64,000 nucleotides of DNA, from contig OX638345.1 in assembly GCA_951813535.1 (NCBI GenBank), forward strand, positions 664,036 through 728,035, written 5' to 3'. Positions 59,750 to 64,000 of this stretch are shown here, piece by piece (positions within the stretch are counted from its first letter, which is position 1; each line of letters opens with the position of its first letter). Source of the stretch: an uncultured Dehalococcoidia bacterium (GTDB lineage Bacteria > Chloroflexota > Dehalococcoidia > Lucifugimonadales > UBA3495). The translations under genes and the position numbers were made by a program. Under the pieces are notes generated by a model, which was given only the letters and a program-made list of their open reading frames with translations, was not told the DNA's origin and did not search any database.

Positions 59750-60237
59750 TGCTCAGATGTATCCGCAGGAAAGAGTTCCTGGAGGAAGTCTATTGCCGCC
59801 GCTACGGCATCCGCCCGTCGCGTTACCGTTTCGTCGGGCAGGTCGTTCTCATAGAAATGGATATGCAGGCTATGAGCCGAATTCACGCCATTGTCCAAAA
59901 CCGACCCGGCAACCGGGTCAGTGCTGGAAACGAGCGCCACCAGTTGTTCAGAAACTCTCAAGATACTCGTGTGGCTACGGACCCGCAGGCCGCGGTTGGC
60001 GGCAATTGCCTTAACAGTCTGGGAGTACGCCCCCCACGATTTCTCGGCGACCTGCCGATAGTCTCCTGCGTCCAGGCTTTTGCGAACATGTTCCCGGTAA
60101 TGGACCAAATTGTCTCGATAGGTCACTGCCGCCTCCGCCGCTTCGGAGTCGGACAACTCAACATCCGGTCGGTTCGGTAAGGCGGCGCGTATCGCGTCGC
60201 TCACTTGCTGGGGTGAGAGGTCTGGTGATCCCGCCAT
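59746..60237 (-). CDS. PaREP1 family (HEPN-like) protein, tandem paralog
   Basis: GDYRQVAEKSWGA...VKAIA...SH...AHSLHIHFYE. Confidence 0.82.
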   Translation of the reverse strand: MAGSPDLSPQQVSDAIRAALPNRPDVELSDSEAAEAAVTYRDNLVHYREHVRKSLDAGDYRQVAEKSWGAYSQTVKAIAANRGLRVRSHTSILRVSEQLVALVSSTDPVAGSVLDNGVNSAHSLHIHFYENDLPDETVTRRADAVAAAIDFLQELFPADTSEQ

Positions 60238-60292
60238 GTCGTAATTCCGTGGCCCTTGCGTAGAATCATAACACGGCGCACCCGCGCGTCAT

Positions 60293-60694
60293 TCATCCTC
60301 GTTCCCGTGACCGGCGCACCCGAAAGCTGGCTCCCCGTTGTTTCCGCATCCAGCGGAGGAAGTCCGCGACCCTGGGATTTGAACGGAGCAGCGCGACGCT
60401 GTACATCTCCTCAGCCAGCGTGGTGACCGAAAACATGGCGTGCACCTGCCGGTGACAGGTCGGGCAAAGCATCGCGGTCGGCCCGTGGTTACCGCCGCGG
60501 GCGCGGGGGATCAAATGGTGGACCGTGAATCTATCCACGATCCGTTCGCAGAGCTCACAAGCGCCGGGGTCGTCTCCCGGACGTCGGCGACGTACCGCGC
60601 CGTCGGGCTCGCGAGATGCGTGAGGAGGTGCGGATGCGGCGGTTTTCTCCTCGCGCCCGCCACGAGAACGGGTGCGCGCTGTCCGCCTAGCCAT
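60293..60694 (-). CDS. Small HNH endonuclease (YisB-like)
   Basis: CELCER...TVHHLIPRARGG...LCPTCHRQVH. Confidence 0.85.
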   Translation of the reverse strand: MARRTARTRSRGGREEKTAASAPPHASREPDGAVRRRRPGDDPGACELCERIVDRFTVHHLIPRARGGNHGPTAMLCPTCHRQVHAMFSVTTLAEEMYSVALLRSNPRVADFLRWMRKQRGASFRVRRSRERG

Positions 60695-61184
60695 TGCCGC
60701 CCTGGCCGGATGTGTCCAGGAACCGCCAGCCGGGTAGATCGACCTGCCATTGGGCGTCTTCGAGCAGCATGGGTATCATCAGGCCCGACATCAGGCGGCT
60801 GTGCTGCACCACCGTCTCATCGGTCACGCCAAAGGGCAGGAAGACGAAAGCGTGCTGGTCGTCCACGTAGCGGGTGGGGGCGGCGGCTAGCTCGGTAAGG
60901 TCTTCCAGGGGCCACAGGCGCAGGACGGTGGTCCGGAAGTCGTCCATCATCGACCCACGCATGGGGTGGTCCGGGTCGTAGGCAGCGCGGTAGGCCACCT
61001 GCATATCGATGTTGAGCCGGGTCGCCCACACGCCCATCCGCATGCCGCGGGTTTCCTTGGACAGCATCGACCAGGCCAGGTCCATGTCCCCGTCGCGGAT
61101 GGATTCGGCGAACAGGCCGGCGCGCTGCCCAACCTCGTCGGGTTCCTGGCTGCGGCGTTGCCCGGGCATTCGCATGCTGATCAT
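60687..61184 (-). CDS. Hypothetical protein (possible NTF2-like fold)
   Basis: GDMDLAWSMLS...MLLEDAQWQVD. GAGGA RBS. Confidence 0.7.
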   Translation of the reverse strand: MISMRMPGQRRSQEPDEVGQRAGLFAESIRDGDMDLAWSMLSKETRGMRMGVWATRLNIDMQVAYRAAYDPDHPMRGSMMDDFRTTVLRLWPLEDLTELAAAPTRYVDDQHAFVFLPFGVTDETVVQHSRLMSGLMIPMLLEDAQWQVDLPGWRFLDTSGQGGNG

Positions 61185-61219
61185 CCTCGGTGCGGTCGGA
61201 ACGTGGTCGAAAGGCCCGC

Positions 61220-62962
61220 TCAGTACCCCACGGCGTATCCGTCATAGCGGGGGTCGGCGGCGCCATGCAGCGCCGCCGTGTCGGGGTCGATGTACAGGAC
61301 CATTTCGCGGCCGGTGACGCCGTCCCACGCATCCAGCTCGTGCACCGGGTGTCCCATGGTCCGGAGTTGCCGCAGCTCGGCCTGGTCGAAACGATTTTCG
61401 ATGAGGAGGCGGTCCACGGCGGTGTGAGGCAACGTGGATTCGGTGCCGTCGCCAACGTGCTTCCAGCGCGGCGCTTCCACGGCTTCTTGCACCGTCATCC
61501 CGTGGTCGACCAGGTTGGTGATGACCTGCATGTTGCTCTGCACCTGACAGTCGGCCCCCGGCGTGCCCAGCGCGTAGGTCAGGCGGCGGCCGGACGAGGA
61601 TCTGCCGTTCCCCGACGACGGCTGTCGGAACACCATCACCGGGTTCATGGTATGTCGTACCCGCTTGCCCGGCTGCAGGCAGTCCACGTGATCCGGGTCC
61701 AGGTGCCAGTAGGTCATGCGGTTGTTCAGCAGGATGCCGGTATCCCCGGCCACCAGGGACGAACCCCAGCCGCTCTGGATGCTCTGCAACTGGCACACCG
61801 CGTTGCCGGCGCGGTCGGCAACCACGAAGCAGGTGGTGTCCTCCTGCTCGGAGCGGGGGCCGCGACGCCGTGCGCCCACGCCGGCCGGCGACCGGCGCTG
61901 TCCCGCCGGTTCATGTTGCCAGGGATCGCCGGCGCCCACGTTCTCGGATGCCCGCTCCAGGTCGATGGTGGCGGCGCGTTCCCGGGCGTATTCGGCCGAA
62001 AGCATACCGGCGACGGGCACGTCGATGTAATCCGGGTCCGCCACGTACGCCTCGCGGTCGGCGAACGCCATCTTCTTGGCTTCTACCATCAGGTGGATGG
62101 ATGCCGCGGAGCCGAACCCCAGGCTCGCCATGTCGTGTTGACGGATGACGTTGAGTTCCTGCAGCAGGATGTGTCCGCTGGAGTTGGGCGGCGCCTCGTA
62201 AACCGTGTAGTCGCCGTAGTCCGTGGAGATTGGATCCTGCCAGCGCGCCGAACAGTCGTTCAGGTCGGCCATGGTGAGCAGACCGCCTTGTTCTTCGCTG
62301 AAGCGCACAATGGCTTCGCCGATCTCGCCCCGGTAGAAGACGTCCCGCCCCTGTTCCGCAATGGCTGAAAGCGTGCGCGCCAAATCGGCCTGCCGGAGAA
62401 TGTCGCCGGCCCGAAGCGGCTCGCCGGACCCGTCCCGGGTGAAGATCGCCCGGCTGGTGGGGAACTCGCAAAGGAGCGGGTCACCGGCGATGGCTGACGC
62501 CAGGTAGTGGGTCACGGGGAAACCGTCGTCGGCCAGGGCGATGGCCGGAGCGAAAACATCGGTCAGCGGGAGCGACCCGTACTCGGAATGGACGTCCAGC
62601 CACGCGTTGAGCAGACCCGGTACCGACACGCTCAGGATCCCCTTCATGGGGATGCCGTCGCGGTATCGTTCCAGGGTTGCGCCATAGGGCGCGGCCCCGG
62701 TCCCGTTGGACAGCCGCAGGGAATCGTCCTCCCCCCGGTATGCCATGATGAACCCGTCGCCGCCGATGCCCGACATCAGCGGTTCAACAACGTTCAGCAC
62801 AGCGGCGGTGGCAATCGCGGCGTCGAACGCGTTTCCGCCCTTTTGCAGGATGGAGATGCCCGCCTGCGCGGCCAGGGGATGGCCGGCGCACACCATACCG
62901 TTGCGCCCCATGACCACGGGACGATGGGCCGAGTAACGAATGCCGTGGGGTGTGGCTGACAT
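61220..62962 (-). CDS. ggt: Gamma-glutamyltransferase family protein
   Basis: KGGNAFDAAIA, VEPLMSGIGGD, PPNSSG, autocleavage DTT, PGKRVRHTMNP, GAADPR. Confidence 0.94.
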   Translation of the reverse strand: MSATPHGIRYSAHRPVVMGRNGMVCAGHPLAAQAGISILQKGGNAFDAAIATAAVLNVVEPLMSGIGGDGFIMAYRGEDDSLRLSNGTGAAPYGATLERYRDGIPMKGILSVSVPGLLNAWLDVHSEYGSLPLTDVFAPAIALADDGFPVTHYLASAIAGDPLLCEFPTSRAIFTRDGSGEPLRAGDILRQADLARTLSAIAEQGRDVFYRGEIGEAIVRFSEEQGGLLTMADLNDCSARWQDPISTDYGDYTVYEAPPNSSGHILLQELNVIRQHDMASLGFGSAASIHLMVEAKKMAFADREAYVADPDYIDVPVAGMLSAEYARERAATIDLERASENVGAGDPWQHEPAGQRRSPAGVGARRRGPRSEQEDTTCFVVADRAGNAVCQLQSIQSGWGSSLVAGDTGILLNNRMTYWHLDPDHVDCLQPGKRVRHTMNPVMVFRQPSSGNGRSSSGRRLTYALGTPGADCQVQSNMQVITNLVDHGMTVQEAVEAPRWKHVGDGTESTLPHTAVDRLLIENRFDQAELRQLRTMGHPVHELDAWDGVTGREMVLYIDPDTAALHGAADPRYDGYAVGY

Positions 62963-63048
62963 CAGGACGACGCTCCTTGTGATTGAGTTTCAGGTCGGTG
63001 AGCACCGCGCTTCCTCGACCGCATCGGGCCACTCAACGTATGACCAGG

Positions 63049-63864
63049 TCAGGACGCCGGCGCGCTCACGGGACGGATCGACGCCAGCATGTCAATGGAC
63101 ACGCCGCCCCTGGAGAAAAAGACCTCCAGCTCGTGGGAGTACAGGCCGCCGGAGCTCCGGAGGGTGTTGAGCAGGGTGTCGGTGCCGATGCTAAGGATGG
63201 AAGAGGGCTCGTGCTGCACGGTTTCCAGGTTTTTCGCGCCGCACAAGTCCAGCGCGGCAAAGATGGTGTCGTGCAGGAAAGCCTCCTCGAGGTTGGTGTT
63301 GTCCAGCAACGCCAGGTTGAAGTTGGCGTGGGCCAGGTTCGCCTGCGCCAGCGTCGCTTCAGTGAACACCGTCTTGTAAAAGGTGGAGTTCGACAGGTTG
63401 GCGGATTGCATGTCGGCCCAGGTCAGATCAGCCTCGGAAAAATCCGAATGGCTGCAATAGGTGCCGCGCAGAACCGCATAACTCAAATCGGTGCCGCGCA
63501 GGTTGATCTGGCTCAGATCGGCCCGGGCGAGGTTCGCCCCCTGTAGCAGGGCGTGGGACAGGTTGGCCTCCCGGAGGGTCGCCCCCTGCAGGCTGGCCCC
63601 GCGCAGGTCCGCGCTCTGCAGGTTCGCCCCCGTCAGGTCGCAAAAGTGAAGGTCGGCGCCGCGCAGGTCGGCATCGCCCAGGTCCGAGCTGCTGAAGTCG
63701 AGGTGCGTCAGATTGGCCCACGACAGGTTCGCGCCGTGGAGCCGCGCGTTGGCGAAGGACGTGCCGGTCAGGTCCGCGTTGGACCGCAGTTCATTCCACG
63801 TCGACACGTCTTTGCGCAGCCGGCTCAGGCATTGTTCTTTCGAGACGGTGGGCCAGAGTTTCAT
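63049..63864 (-). CDS. Pentapeptide repeat protein
   Basis: Extended A(D/N)Lxx repeats. AGGAGG RBS. Confidence 0.93.
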   Translation of the reverse strand: MKLWPTVSKEQCLSRLRKDVSTWNELRSNADLTGTSFANARLHGANLSWANLTHLDFSSSDLGDADLRGADLHFCDLTGANLQSADLRGASLQGATLREANLSHALLQGANLARADLSQINLRGTDLSYAVLRGTYCSHSDFSEADLTWADMQSANLSNSTFYKTVFTEATLAQANLAHANFNLALLDNTNLEEAFLHDTIFAALDLCGAKNLETVQHEPSSILSIGTDTLLNTLRSSGGLYSHELEVFFSRGGVSIDMLASIRPVSAPAS

Positions 63865-63969
63865 GACCGGCCTCCTGGTTGGATGGTTACCCTATGATGG
63901 CAACGTTCGGTTCGATTATTCAACAGCCCGCGCCGCCGGTATGGGCCTTTGACGGGACCGTATGCAAAA

Positions 63970-63995
63970 GCCCCGGCAGCCGGTAGCGCCGGGGC
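63970..63995. terminator. GC-rich hairpin at window end
   Basis: GCCCCGGC-N9-GCCGGGGC preceded by AAAA (a U-tract on the minus strand). Confidence 0.5.
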
Positions 63996-64000
63996 GATCG

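Overview
GC-rich bacterial chromosomal window. The gene content (five luciferase-like flavin oxidoreductases, three SDRs, tandem CoA-transferases, a family-5 ABC importer, Uma2, PaREP1 and DUF2283 proteins) suggests SAR202-type Chloroflexota (Dehalococcoidia); this taxonomy is inference only. Housekeeping and cofactor genes include ychF, larE-larC, selB, nurA, a CinA-C/PncC protein, a PduO-type adenosyltransferase, hisH-hisA and ggt. Small lower-GC accessory inserts sit between them: (i) a Septu/PtuAB-like ATPase + HNH pair whose HNH gene has one in-frame TAG; (ii) an mrr gene hit by an IS630 insertion, a frameshift and an active-site deletion; (iii) a RelE-like/DUF2283 TA pair; (iv) tandem PaREP1 (HEPN-like) genes beside an HNH gene; (v) several tiny 2-TM ORFs; (vi) an apparently leaderless operon of a 2-TM/beta-rich protein followed by two small basic peptides that share a WQPP..TP..R.KK motif. 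Four intergenic ~65-110 bp palindromic elements built from ~9-bp CAGGATT units form a dispersed repeat family. I found no rRNA, tRNA or CRISPR array. All family assignments come from motif recognition by eye, not from database searches.
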